A stretch of 63,891 nucleotides of DNA, filler included, from Octopus bimaculoides (GCF_001194135.2; 5 parts of 5 records of this genome joined end to end with filler, not necessarily neighbours in it); one strand, 5' to 3'. Counted from the whole stretch's first letter, positions 50,216 to 63,609 are shown. Translations and numbers: made by a program. Notes: generated by a model not told the origin, from the letters alone.

Positions 50216-51689
50216 GGTTATCATTATTATTATTATTGTTGTTATTATTATTATTATTATTATTAACATTATCATCTGATACTACTACTACTACTACTAC
50301 TAAAATATAAAATTTACAAATTTATAAGATACTAATTTACTGAATACAGTATACTGCCTCAATGTGTGTGTGTGTGCGTGCGTGCACTCACACACACCCA
50401 TATATGTATGTATGTATGTATGAAGAATATATAATATAAATCGTTGCATTTAATAATGTTTTATATAATACACTCAAATATAGACACACAGTCTAAATAT
50501 TTCTTTCAAGTAGGCAAGTATTGTTTGAAATTATCATCACATAAAAGTTTACTAATAGAAACAAATTGGTATGGACTAGCAATCAGTTACAACTTTCCGT
50601 TCTACTGTTATAGAACATAAAAGTGAAGAAATAGTCTGACCTTTAATAATGATGAGTTGATGAAACAGAATAAATATTCTATCTGTAGATTTGAGAAGAA
50701 ATATAATTGAATCCAACACACTGATGCCCATAATTCAAACCAATCTTGTTTGATTGTAATGTTTTCCTACTTATGTCAAATTTGATCCCCTACAAATATT
50801 ATTTTTCTTTTCATACTTATTGAATGCGTCTGTTGCTTTATATTCCTGTCGTGGCTATTTTAGGTTTCTTTTCATATTTACATTCATTTGACAGAAATTA
50901 GTTTTGGCTCACATTTTCTTTCATGGCGTTACAGAACAATTATTGACATAAATCACAGAGAAGCAAAAGTATATGTCATTATTTATGGGTAGGTATCTAC
51001 AGAATCATATATTCCGTTGCTGCTGTTGTTGTTGTCATTGCTGTTGTAATTTAGGCCCCAGCTAAACCATGATTGGGCAATCCTATGATCAAAGTTATTC
51101 TAGCTATAAGTAACTTGTATTTATTTTAGGAGGGTGCTGACATTATATGTCTAGAACTACATCATCCAATGTGTTAATTGTTAAGCTTAATATGAGTGAC
51201 TTATTGTTTTTAGAAGTTTGTGCAACTCTGTCGTGGCTTCTTCATTACTGTGGTAGACTCACATATTTAAATATACTGTAGCTTATCTATTTCTGTTTAC
51301 AGTTATCATGTTCTGTTCTGCTTAAGAATTATAAAAGTCACACTACATTAAATGTCTATAAGTACTGATATCCCTTTAACTGTTTTGACATTTTTAAAGA
51401 TGCATTTTCAAGTTTAGGATACACATGCCTAGGGTTACCCAAGAGGAGAACCAAGATTACATTTTCCTTACTATCCTCCAGGGCAATGCTTTTTCCATTT
51501 TATCTGCTGGTACCCAGAGGTGGAAATTGAGAGAATATAAGAATTTCATAGCTTGCTACATAAGCAATAATAATACCACCTCTGAAGGATCGCCCATTTA
51601 AGAATGAATATTTATTATTATTGAATGCAACTTGGGTAGAAAGCTTTTATTGTTCCCATTCTCATATCGTTGTGAACAATGATTTCAGC

Positions 51690-54600
51690 AATGTTTATAA
51701 CCAAAGACAAATTTTGTGCAAGACTGTCAATTGTGAAAGATACGCAGATGTACCTCTCTGAAAGTGTGCCAAGAACTGAGTTTCTTGTAAGAAAGAGCCA
51801 AGATAATTCATTTCATTAAAAAGGGACATTAAATTAAATTAAGTTTATTTCCAACATAGGCACAAAGCCAGGAGAATAAAATAGATATTACGCAATCTCA
51901 TTGTGCGTTAAATAAGAATTTAAACGCATTCTTTCTATAATATTGGTTTCAAATTTTGGTACAAGGCTAGCAAGTTTGGGGGAGGGAGTTAAGTTGATTA
52001 CATCGACCCCAGTACTCAACTGGTACTTATTTTATCGACCTCAAAATGATGAAAGGTAAAGTCCACCTTAGCAGAATTTGAATTCAAAATGTAAAGATGA
52101 ATGAAATGCTGCTAAGCACTTTCCCCAGCTTGTTGCCTTCATTCATTCTATAATAATGATGTATAGAAAAGGAGCAAGGGATATATGGAGTCTCCTGACA
52201 TCATTTGTTCAGTGCTCATCAGGGAAGACTTCTTCACTGAAAGCACTCAACATTTTCAGAAACAGTCCAAGAGGAGATTTACTCTGTTTTCTGCACATGA
52301 GTAATATTGAAAGAATGTATTTACATTCTCATTGTATTTAACCCACATTGAGCTGTATCGTAACTTAAGTTTAATTGCCAATTTATTGGTTATTATGTTT
52401 TCATTGGTTAGCTTCACAACTATGCTTGGGTTCACTTTCCATGGATCACTTCTACAACCATTATAATCTAGCCTGAAGTTTGAAGACTTTTTAGTATTCT
52501 TCTAAACAAATATCTTTTCCCAGAACCACTTGGGCCATCACGGGAAAGTATATTATTGGATCAGATTCTGATGGCTCAGAGATGCTGGCCATAATTTTGT
52601 TATATGCCATACACTGTTCTTTTTTGTCTCCTAATGTGTATATGCACCAATATCACTTGGTCCTGTTTCAAAGTACTTTTCATTCAGTATAGAATCATAC
52701 TCCAATCTGACAACTTGGGAATCTGTAGGAGCAACAAAAATATTTTCAAACCTTTTTCCTCATCTGAAAACCGTGATGACAACCATATTGCATTTGATGT
52801 TCCCAGCATTCAAGTGATTCTCTATATCCAGTGAAAGTATTTTGTCAGTTATTCATTATACTTCTTGTATAACTGAAGTAGTTTTGCCAGCTCGCAGTGC
52901 ATTAGTTTGCTTACAAATATACTTTACACTTTCCTCAGAGCTATCAAGAAGATTATGCAGTTAACTTTATAACATCATGAAGAACATTGTCATTCGCATC
53001 AACATACTGGATAATTCCCATTCATTTCCTCATTCTTTAAATGATGTTATGCATTATGCATTTAGTAGTAGAAGTCTGAGGCAATACTGGTCATTGCTTT
53101 TTGGGTTCACATGAATCATTCAACCGATTGTAAACATCATTGATCTCTTAGTCCACTTACATTGTTGTAAATTCCAAGTGTTTTCATGAAGCAATTCAAG
53201 ATAAGTACATGTGTCATTCTTCACATGGAAACATTGAGTTGATAGAATTTTCTCTTCTAGCTCTTTTTTACTCAGCTTTTCTTACTCAGTTGCATTACTT
53301 GATACATAAATATTTTGTTCATTTTCCAGATAGAAAATTAATATTTGCACACCCAGATATATCAGCAACTGAATCCGAGAATCATTGATTTGATGTTTGT
53401 TATCTTCATCATGTATAATACTTAGCCTGAATATGGTTACCACGTTTGGTTACATATTTGAATATGTACTTTATTAACTTCCCTGTGAAACAAATTCAAC
53501 ATTGAACATTTTCCTACAAATACGGATTTTATACTGAAACATGTCACTTGTCATAAACAAATGCGCGAGTAATGTTTTTGGACGTTGTACATTCTCATCA
53601 ATTCTATTGTGGGCAGCTGTCGGATGTAGCTATAGTTTCAATAAAGAACTCCATAGAAAAGCAAAAGTAATAGAGCTTAGTTTGAACTATTTGCATGTGC
53701 ATACATGCTGCATTCGGATTAATGGTCCACATGGGCCATGAAGCATGCAATTTGCAAGGAGGAACTGTTCAGGAATTTCGAATTAATGTAAGTACTTAGC
53801 AAACACAATTTTTTCCATAATTTGCCTCATTTTTGGAACTCAACCACAGAGACTATTTCCTCCACTTGCCCGAACATATACGCATTTTGAAACTGATCAT
53901 ATTAAAGACTCCTGCACACTGGACCAGAGGATCAGCTGTTGCTTGTTCATGTTGCATCTGTTCAGTGATTTACGGAGCATACAAGGTTACATGTAAATAT
54001 AATAAAGAGACTTGGTTTCCTAAAGTATTTTACAATAGCAATTGCGTTAAGGTAAAACTTTTGCATGTGTTGTGTTCTCCCTGTAAATGAGGACTGTAAC
54101 ACTACTAATGATCCAGTCTCCCCAGCTGAATGATCATCACTTTTGTCCATATACTCATATAGTTTTGCATGCATTTCTGTTTAATTATTAGAACAAAAAT
54201 TTTCTAGCAATCCATCAACTTTTGCATACTTGCCCATCATACAGTTTTGCATCAGTCTTCCAGAGTATTTTGGTACAGCAAAATAATTTTCACAAACTAT
54301 TGCCAATGTATCAGTGCTTAACATTCAAAACTTTGCCGGTCCAGTAACAGATGAAGGCCAAGATATATCAGGTGACTTTAGCCTATATTTCAGCTAATCA
54401 TTGTTCTGGTGCATTTCTATAGTGAGGTAATCAGATGGATTATTCCATGAAGTGTTGCACCAGATCATGGTTAAAAATTGAGATGCACAAGAAATACAGA
54501 CCAGAAAATGGCAGAGAGCCAGGAAGCCAGGGCATCAGCAGGGGTTTTCTTGATCAACCAGCAGCTATACCTCACTGACATTGTGTTGAAAGATCTCCTC

Positions 54601-55310
54601 TTGCTGCGCATAACATTTTTCTTTCTTACACACTAGCTGCAGCCATTCAGCATAATAACTTCTGTAAAGTAACAGTTGTAACATCAATCAGTAAAACAAC
54701 ACACACAACATTGTTAGCAAAATCAAAATATTGCAAGTGGTTTTATATGGGAGCAGAACACAGCCAGACCACATAATACAGTTCCTAACTAACCAGATCC
54801 ACAGCATTATAGGTAGAAGTTTTCTTTTTAAGTTCAGGTTTTATATGATATCATTCACCATTCGAAATATGAAACTACAATGCACAATAGATAATATAGC
54901 TTACGTAACTACTAAATAGATTTTCAATCTCTTTCTTCATGCTTCTATAAAACGTTCTGTCATTCCCACTAAATATTTTTGCCTATTCCATAAAGTAAAG
55001 TATACCTGCCACCTCAGAAGCTATTGGATATGTATAAGTATTATCACGTTCAGCCGCATTGATTTCCATATGAAAATTCTGTATATTTGCTGCATCTGCT
55101 TCTGACATGGATTTATATTGCACACAGAATAGATTGTACACCTGGATTAACCTTTGTGGTATTATTAACCTTTGTGGTTTGTGGGATACGTGAGAAGCAT
55201 TTGTTTGCTGTGTTTCAGGATTATAAGCATAAGGTGGATCGGTATAGGGATCTAGTAAAAAACCGTTTGGAGTTTGGTGTCTATCTCTGCCTTGGATACG
55301 ATACACTTAT
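51690..55310 (-). mobile_element. Helitron Rep-helicase remnant, heavily degraded with internal deletions
   Basis: YTYPIASEVAGI, SGRLMQ..MGKYAKVD, LQSSFTGRTQHMQKFYLNAIAIVKYFRKPSLFIIFTCN, VVEFQK, CMLHGPCG, FNVE...KYIFKYVTK and a Walker A-like DGPSGSGK near 52540. Confidence 0.85.
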
Positions 55311-55505
55311 AGTCGACTAACATTAATTAGATGCAGTTACGAATATAATTAATGTATACAATTATTTTTAAGCTTGAGATTCATTCTTCCAGTCTCTTTT
55401 ATCAAAGCTCTAGCTTACTGGAACTTAAACCAACTCAGGCTGTCAAGCAGTGATAGGAGACAAAAACATACACACAAATACATACATACATACACNNNNN
55501 NNNNN

Positions 55506-55540
<35 letters not shown>

Positions 55541-55739
55541 GAGTGGCTTCTTTCAGTTACCTTCTACCACATCCACTCACAAGGTTTTGGTTAGCCTGAG
55601 GCTATAGTTGAAATCACTTGTCCAAAGTACCACACAGTGCAGCAGAACCCGAAACCATGTGATTGAGAAGCAAATTTCTTACCATACAGCCACGTCTGCA
55701 CACACACATACACATACACACACACACATGCACATCATC

Positions 55740-55880
55740 CTCATCATCATCGTCCTAACACCAACCACTCCGAGAGTGTAGTGGGTGCTTTTACATGCCA
55801 CTGGCATGTGGGCCAGTCAGGCGGTACTGCTGACGGCCATGTTCAAATGGTGTTTTTTTGTGTGCCACTGGCAATGACCT
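55740..55880 (-). mobile_element. RTE 3' tail fragment
   Basis: aacaccaaccactccgagagtgtagtgggtgcttttacatgccactggc. Confidence 0.75.
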
Positions 55881-56149
55881 CGCTTGAATGTTGTACATAA
55901 ATCTATCAATATATTTATTCATATATATCATCATTTTCACACAATTTCTGCAATGCAGGCATGGGGCATGGGACAGAAGCATCATAATAGGCTGTGTAAG
56001 GCCACACTACATAGCTGTATATGCATATACATACATACATACATACATACATACACATATTAATATATGTAAACACAAATATATATACATATATATGCAC
56101 AAATATGCATACATACATACACACACACATACACATATATATTGTGAGA

Positions 56150-56460
56150 GTTTACAAGAAAATGAAAGATGAAAAAGGGTGTGTAAACAACAAACAGATG
56201 TATTAGTTTAATGCTCGGAAAGTGAGAAAGTCTTTTATGTTTTCAGCCTATGCTCTTTGACAGAAAGGAACACAGAAATAAACAGGGGGAGAAAATAGAA
56301 AAGGTTTAGTGGTTAGTGATCTATCATAACCCCGAATAGAGGGGTCACACAGGAGAGCTAGGAAGAAGGGGAGATAATAAAGTAGTGGTGATTCCAAAAC
56401 GAAGGTGTGCATGCATGTGTATGAGAGAGTGTGTACATACACACTCTCTCATACACATAC
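56150..56460 (-). mobile_element. Penelope pLTR-like remnant
   Basis: Reverse complement cctttctgtcaaagagcataggctgaaaacataaaagactttctcac; homologous to the 20630 and 62820 copies. Confidence 0.5.
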
Positions 56461-56845
56461 ATGTGGAAGGGGGCTGGTGACCTTGACGTGTGCGCGTGTG
56501 CATGTGTAGGTTTGTGGATGATGGTGTAGGTGCTGGGAAGTGGTCAGTGCTAGTGTGTGCGCTGGTGTGGGTGCTGGGAAGTGGTAATGCTAGTGTGTAC
56601 AGGGTGGTGTGGTGTAGTATGGTGGTGTGTGGCGTGGTGGTATGTGGTGTGGTGTGGTGTGGCAGTGTTGGGGTGTGATAGATGAGGTCCCATTTAAGGG
56701 AAATATTAATTATACTTAGTCTGAAATTTTGTTTTTATTAAATAACTAAATTATTGCTTTGTTCCCTACTTTCAGTCTTCAAGAAAATGAAGAGTAATAT
56801 GCTTCAGGAGAGTGTGTCAAGTTATTGTTGAAAATTATTTCTCAC

Positions 56846-56899
56846 CTGACACAAATATTTCAGAACAGTATATTACTTGGAGCAAATAAATTTCAATTA
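56846..56899 (-). other. Candidate internal exon (54 nt)
   Basis: Strong acceptor ttttttccttgatttcacag and donor CAG|gtgaga. One open frame: IEIYLLQVIYCSEIFVS. Confidence 0.3.
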
Positions 56900-57506
56900 C
56901 TGTGAAATCAAGGAAAAAATTTAGATGAATTTATTGATTGGAACTCATATATATTTTTTCATATTTTATAATTTTAAATGTTTGTATAATTATTATAATG
57001 CTTTTGTGTGTGTGTAAATATTTGTGAGAGTTGCATATATGTGTGTGTTTCTTTATTCATAATGTTCCTTCTCTTCTACAATATTTTGAGTTCATGAAAA
57101 ATAATTTCTGTATTTTAAAATAATTTTATTGAATAATATTAATCCTTTTAATAATCTATGTCTCTCTTGCTCTCTCCCTCACCCTCTCTTTCTCTCTCCC
57201 TCACCCTCTCTTTCTCCATGCTTGTTGTGCATGTGTGTGTGTATATATGTGTGTATATGTGTGTGTGTTCTTATAAATTGAGGATATAATCATTAAAATG
57301 GTTGTATCAGTGGCTAGTGTATAGAAAAAGAGGATCATATTGGCAAAATTAATTTTGAAGTACATAATTATAAAAGTATAATTATAATTAAGGGTGCTTG
57401 AATGTCAGTGCTTATTTGCTAGAGGTAGATATCAAATACCTACAATTCGCTCTAAATTTGTTCTCGATTTGTTCTCTACCCAAGGCTGGATGCGAGGTAA
57501 TGAGCA

Positions 57507-57543
<37 letters not shown>

Positions 57544-57643
57544 NNNNNNNNNNNNNNNNNNNNNNNNNNNNNNNNNNNNNNNNNNNNTTAATTAATTAAN
57601 NNNNNNNNNNNNNNNNNNNNNNNNNNNNNNNNNNNNNNNNNNN
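57544..57643. other. Artificial scaffold spacer with six-frame stop linker
   Basis: 44 N + TTAATTAATTAA + 44 N. Confidence 0.9.
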
Positions 57644-57693
<50 letters not shown>

Positions 57694-58853
57694 GTGGGCT
57701 ATTTTGATTCGAGTTTGATATTCTGGAAATAACCTCGAGGAGATATATTTCCTAGCATGTATACTTGCGTTGATAATAAATATACAATTGTTAAGATTAG
57801 AGAGAATAATCGAAACAATATTACGATACGAAATATTTGGAATATCAATTATATATTTTCTATTTTCCTTTTTCTTGGAATGTATTTTGCTCTCAACATT
57901 CGTTATAGCCGATTACAAACTTTGTGCACCTTTCTTTGTTTTATTGCATTAAAGCTGTGAGATTTCAGAGTTTAACTTTATGTTACATATTGTGCACTTG
58001 AAGTTGTGTTTATTCCTCGTGCATACGCACAAAACCGTAATGTCGACAATATAGTAAATACATTCACAAATGCACACACGTATATCTCTGGCATCTTTCT
58101 CTGTCACTACAGAGACAAACACTACACTATACGCTTGTTGTTTCTGCATAACACAAAGTATTGTATTTGTATAAACTTTGCATAGATATACATGTATACA
58201 TTCATTAACACACACACACACACACGTATACACACAAATATACACACACAATTAAATCACTGGATAAATTAATGCATATATGTTTACATATAAAGGATGG
58301 GTGGAATGTAACTAGGCATGAGAAATTGTTTATAGAAGTTTTAGAATCATTGAAGTCATTACGAAAACATTTTAAAGACTGACAACACGAATGGGGTTTT
58401 CTTATTTACTTATTGTCTTATTTCTTATTTTCCAGTTAGCCGGTGGCTTCTTATATATATGTATACGTGTATGCATGTATGGGTATGTATANNNNNNNNN
58501 NNNNNNNNNNNNNNNNNNNNNNNNNNNNNNNNNNNNNNNNNNNNNNNNNNNNNNNNNNNNNNNNNNNNNNNNNNNNNNNNNNNNNNNNNNNNNNNNNNNN
58601 NNNNNNNNNNNNNNNNNNNNNNNNNNNNNNNNNNNNNNNNNNNNNNNNNNNNNNNNNNNNNNNNNNNNNNNNNNNNNNNNNNNNNNNNNNNNNNNNNNNN
58701 NNNNNNNNNNNNNNNNNNNNNNNNNNNNNNNNNNNNNNNNNNNNNNNNNNNNNNNNNNNNNNNNNNNNNNNNNNNNNNNNNNNNNNNNNNNNNNNNNNNN
58801 NNNNNNNNNNNNNNNNNNNNNNNNNNNNNNNNNNNNNNNNNNNNNNNNNNNNN

Positions 58854-59205
58854 NTCCCAACTAAGCTCTTCGATCTTCTGTGATGTGATCTTTGCAATGT
58901 GGGGTCGCGCATTGTCCTGATGAAACAGCACTCCTTTTCGATTCACTTTTTTTCTTCAAAGCTTGGTTTCTTTTTTTTTTGTACCTATAAAGCATTTTGT
59001 GACTGAAATGCTCTTTCCATGTTAGAAAGGGTTCTAATCAAAGAAATTTTAATTCTATTATTCTGTAAAATAATATTTAATTAGTTTAAATGTACACAAA
59101 TGCATAAAGATAATTTTTAATTCCATTAGACATTCTAAAATACTATTAAATTTCATTCAATTTAAAAAAAGGTAAAATCGGACAGAACTTATGGGATGAC
59201 CTGAT
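58854..59205 (-). mobile_element. Mariner (Mos1-like) remnant
   Basis: Minus strand NRKGVLFHQDNARPHIAKITSQKIEELSW, and a TIR-like end gaacttatgggatgacctgata followed by TA. Confidence 0.75.
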
Positions 59206-59988
59206 ATATAAATATAAATATGTGTGTGTGTGTGTATGTGTGTGTGTGTGTGTGTACATAAATATTTGTGTTTGCTGTTCTGTGTTTCCTCCAAATGTCG
59301 TTGTGTGTGACAGTGTAAGTAAAATATGTTCTCGTTTATCGATCAATACGTTTACTTTCGTCCACTTTTTTTTTCTATAACAAATATATTTCAAGCATCC
59401 ATTGATTAATTTCACTATTTTCTGGCCATTTTCCATTATTTTCATCGATTTGTTACATTTGATATTTAGCAACTATTGTTTATCTATTTATTTATTTATT
59501 CATCAATGTAAAATCGTATGTACTTACACATTTTCCTATCGCTTTCGTGTGCTTTTTCTGTGAGAGAGATCGAGACAGACATACACCTACATATATCCTT
59601 ATGTGTATATGCCTCTCTTAATCTCTCTCTCCCGTTGTATATATACATATATATCCCATATATCTGTGAATATACATTTATACATGCATATATATACATA
59701 TGCATATATATATATTTATATATATATATTTGCATACATACACACACACTTACATATGTATGTGAGAAGTAAAAATGGACGTTGTAAAAAATATTTTGAC
59801 GTGTGATAATTACTTATTCATCGTTTTCCTTATTAAAAAATGTCTATATTTGTTTATTACTTCAACATACATGACTGCACATGTAATTTCGTATAAATAT
59901 TTATAAGGATGTATGTGCCAGAGTGCTTATAAATTAGCATATATAAACATACATACATATATAAATATTCATCTCCCTCCCCCCTCTC

Positions 59989-60060
<72 letters not shown>

Positions 60061-60976
60061 TGTATATTCCCACATTAGTTCACGTTCTAAATAACAAGTT
60101 TAAAAATAAATACCAGAATTGATTTGTTCGACCATAACTATGGAGGCGGTGCCCCAGCCTGGCCGCAATACGATGACTGAAAGAAGCAAGCGATAAAAGA
60201 TATCTGCATTTCATGCAAATATTTAGTATGTCTCTAAATTGCTTAATGTTTATCTCGCTTTCTTTATCAAACGTAGTAGGGAGTGATGCGAGGTTTGTCT
60301 GCTATTTCAAGCATATCGTACTACCAGGCGGAAGATTCCTCGCGTGAACGCCATGTTATTCAGTCCATGGTTTTCGAAGGCTTGTGTAAAGAAAAAAGAT
60401 TTCATATTGACTAGAAACGTAGAAATCTATTGAGGTATTGAAATAGAAAGTATTTTAAAAAATACTAAACCAATTATTATTCGTAGTAAATATGTGAATT
60501 CACTTTATCGTGCTTTGTTCGGAAAGATTATTCGCAATAGACGCATTCTGTTCAGGCATACTTAATGGAGTGAATCGGGTCAGAAAGTAACCTCGGTATG
60601 GTTTCATTAGGGATTTACTGAATGGCGATAAATCATAGCTAAAACGAATAATCATTTCCTGAGTAGCTACAACTTAGATTTATAGAGATTTCACAGCAGT
60701 TGTTCGACGAGAAGTCGCTATGTTGTATGTGTAAAAGTATATTTGCGAGGAAAGTCAGATGAATAGCGTTATCTGTAAAGATTACAAGAGAAGCAGTGCT
60801 ATTGGCACCTACTGCCTTTTTCAGTGTTGTTACTGCTGTTGTATTTACTGCTGTTGTTGTTGTTTTGTCCCCGGTCAGCTTGTGACGGAAACTTACCAGT
60901 CGAACATGTGTTTTCGGCTGCAACCATTTTGTCTTCTGTTTTTGTCATAATGTATACACGCACACGCACACACACG

Positions 60977-61025
<49 letters not shown>

Positions 61026-61120
61026 ATATGGATGTATAGTTATATATACGTTGGGTTATCCCATAAATAATGCGGTTTTCTTTTCAATTGCATGAACTAA
61101 AAGTCGGAGGGAGACGGGAT

Positions 61121-61130
61121 TATTATTGTA

Positions 61131-61166
<36 letters not shown>

Positions 61167-61228
61167 ATTATTATTATTATTATTAATATTATTATTATTA
61201 TTATTAATATTATTATTATTATTATTAT
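61121..61228. repeat. (TAT)n microsatellite
   Basis: Direct reading. Confidence 0.95.
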
Positions 61229-62065
61229 AAAACGAAATATAATTCATACATCTCCATGTCAACAGCGCTCCTAAAATAGCATACCAACAACTCCAGTTGA
61301 CAATTCCTGCATAATTAATATCTGGCAAGTTTACATTCACTTCACAAATATTCTGTTTTCAATCAACATCGTATTCTTCGTTTTCGTTCGCTCTCTTTTC
61401 TATCGTTCATTTCCATAGTCTTGGATTTCTCCGGCACTTCACTTCACTTCATTTAACGTCTTTCTCTTGTTCACCAATTTCCTTTCTTTTTGCTTTTGTA
61501 TTCTTATTTATTTCTTATTAAATTTGGTTTTGTTTTAATACGTATGTCCTACGATATTGATGTGACAGAAAATAGATATAAAATCGATTATCTGCTGACA
61601 AATATTCTTTCGTATTATTGATTATGAAATATGGACATGTCGTTCTCTTTATAATATGTCTGTCGACTCCAAGTGGTCTCGCAGAAATATATGGCAGCCT
61701 TCCTTGAAGTTCGCTTTGCAGACAAATGGTTTCGGGTTCAGTGCCTCTGTGAGATGGCACCTTCGGCATGTATCTTCTACTATAGTTCAGGGTCGATCGA
61801 TGCCTTGTAAGTCAATGTGGTAGACGGAAACTGTGTGGAAACCTGTCATAAATATATATATAAATGTGTGTGTGTGTATATGTATACATATCTGTCAGTC
61901 TGTCGATCTATCTATCTATCTACTTATCTGTCTATGTGTCCATCTATTTCCCTGCCTATCTATCGGTGTGTTTATTTACTTGCCTACACACTCATATGTA
62001 TATCATATGTGCATATGTATATATATATGTACATACACACACATATGTATATGTGTATATGTATG

Positions 62066-62103
<38 letters not shown>

Positions 62104-62203
62104 NNNNNNNNNNNNNNNNNNNNNNNNNNNNNNNNNNNNNNNNNNNNTTAATTAATTAANNNNNNNNNNNNNNNNNNNNNNNNNNNNNNNNNNNNNNNNN
62201 NNN
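62104..62203. other. Artificial scaffold spacer with six-frame stop linker
   Basis: 44 N + TTAATTAATTAA + 44 N. Confidence 0.9.
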
Positions 62204-62577
62204 GCCCAGTGGTTAGGGCAGCGGACTCGCGGTCATAGGATCGCGGTTTCGATTCTCAGACCGGGCGTTGTGAGTGTTTATTGAGCGAAAACACCAAAAA
62301 GCTTCACGAGGCTCCGGCAGGGGATGGTGTCGAACCCTGCTGTACTCTTTCACCACAACTTTCTCTCAATCTTTCTTCCTGTTTCTGTTGTGCCTGTAAT
62401 TCGAAGGGTCAGCCTTGTCACACTGTGTCACGCTGAATATCCCCGAGAACTACGTTAAGGGTACACGTGTCTGTGGAGTGCTCAGCCACTTGCACGTTAA
62501 TTTCATGAGCAGGTTGTTCCGTTGATCGTATCAACTGGAACCCTCGACGTCGTAAGCGACGGAGTGCCAACAAAAGC
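62204..62577 (+). mobile_element. tRNA-derived SINE (third family), near full length
   Basis: A-box gcccagtggttaggg and B-box ggtttcgattc, followed by a unique body ending ggagtgccaacaa. A second copy lies at 63610-63891. Confidence 0.85.
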
Positions 62578-63609
62578 AAACAAAATATATATAAATATTA
62601 GAGAGAGAGAGATGTGCGTGCGCATATGTATCTTTCATTCGTTTCAGCTATTAGACTGGTGCACTGTCTTTATTTCTTTTAGTCGAATGAATCGACCCAG
62701 TACTTATTTTTTAATCCTAGTGCTTATCCTATCAATCTTTTGCCGAACCGCTAAGTTGCTGGGACGTAAACATATCAACATATATATATTTTTTTTTCTC
62801 TCTCTCTTTATTTTGTCTCTCTGTTTCTTTCTGTATTCCTTTCTGTGGAAGAGCGTAGGCTCGAAACATTAAAGACTTTTTGAATTCCCTAGCGTTATAC
62901 TAATACATCTGTTTGTTGTCTACACCACCTGTCTTCGTATATATATATACGACAGATTTTTTTCTGTTTCCGTCTACCAGATCCACTCACAAGGTTTTGG
63001 TCGACCTGAGGCTGCAGTTGAAGACACCTGCCCCAAGGTTCCACACAATGGGTCTGAACCTGGATCTATGTGGTTGGGAAGTAATCTTCTTACCACTCAG
63101 TCACCTTGTAACTTGTACGCAGAGCTGCAGTCAAGCTGGGGCAAATACATACGAACACATATGTGTGTGTATATGTAGTACATCCATAAATTTCCTCACA
63201 AGAATCTTATGTTGGTCTTTTAATTAAAATAACACACTGACACAAAAAAAAAAGAAATATAAAACCATTAAGGAAAAAAAATAAAGCTAATCTACTACTT
63301 CATGCTCTACTTCACTTCGTTAAATTCTTGTTTTTCAACCTCAGTACAACACAACCCATCACCAAGCAACGTGAATGTTCCGATCTTTAAAAATAAAATT
63401 GGTTTCCACGGATCTCTCGATAAAATAATTATTTCTCCCATGAAAGTGTTTACATGTAATAATGATGTTGATGATTTCAAATTTTGGCACAAGGCCAGAT
63501 AATGGTAGATATAATTTCTTTAATTATCCACAGTGACATAGATGACGGGGACATCGCAAAGACAGATAACAATTTGTGTGAGGATTTACATAAAGGATGG
63601 GAAGGAAGA

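Noticed and set aside
56415-56458. About 21-bp hairpin of GT/GA repeats
   Set aside because: Built from simple dinucleotide repeats, so it is easily generated by slippage or template switching.
62204-62275. tRNA-like sequence with A and B boxes
   Set aside because: It is a SINE head continuing into a SINE body that occurs twice in the window; no complete cloverleaf.
63307-63492. Minus-strand ORF ...SRDPWKPILFLKIGTFTLLGDGLCC...
   Set aside because: Short, begins in a SINE tail fragment, and has no recognisable motif or convincing splice sites.
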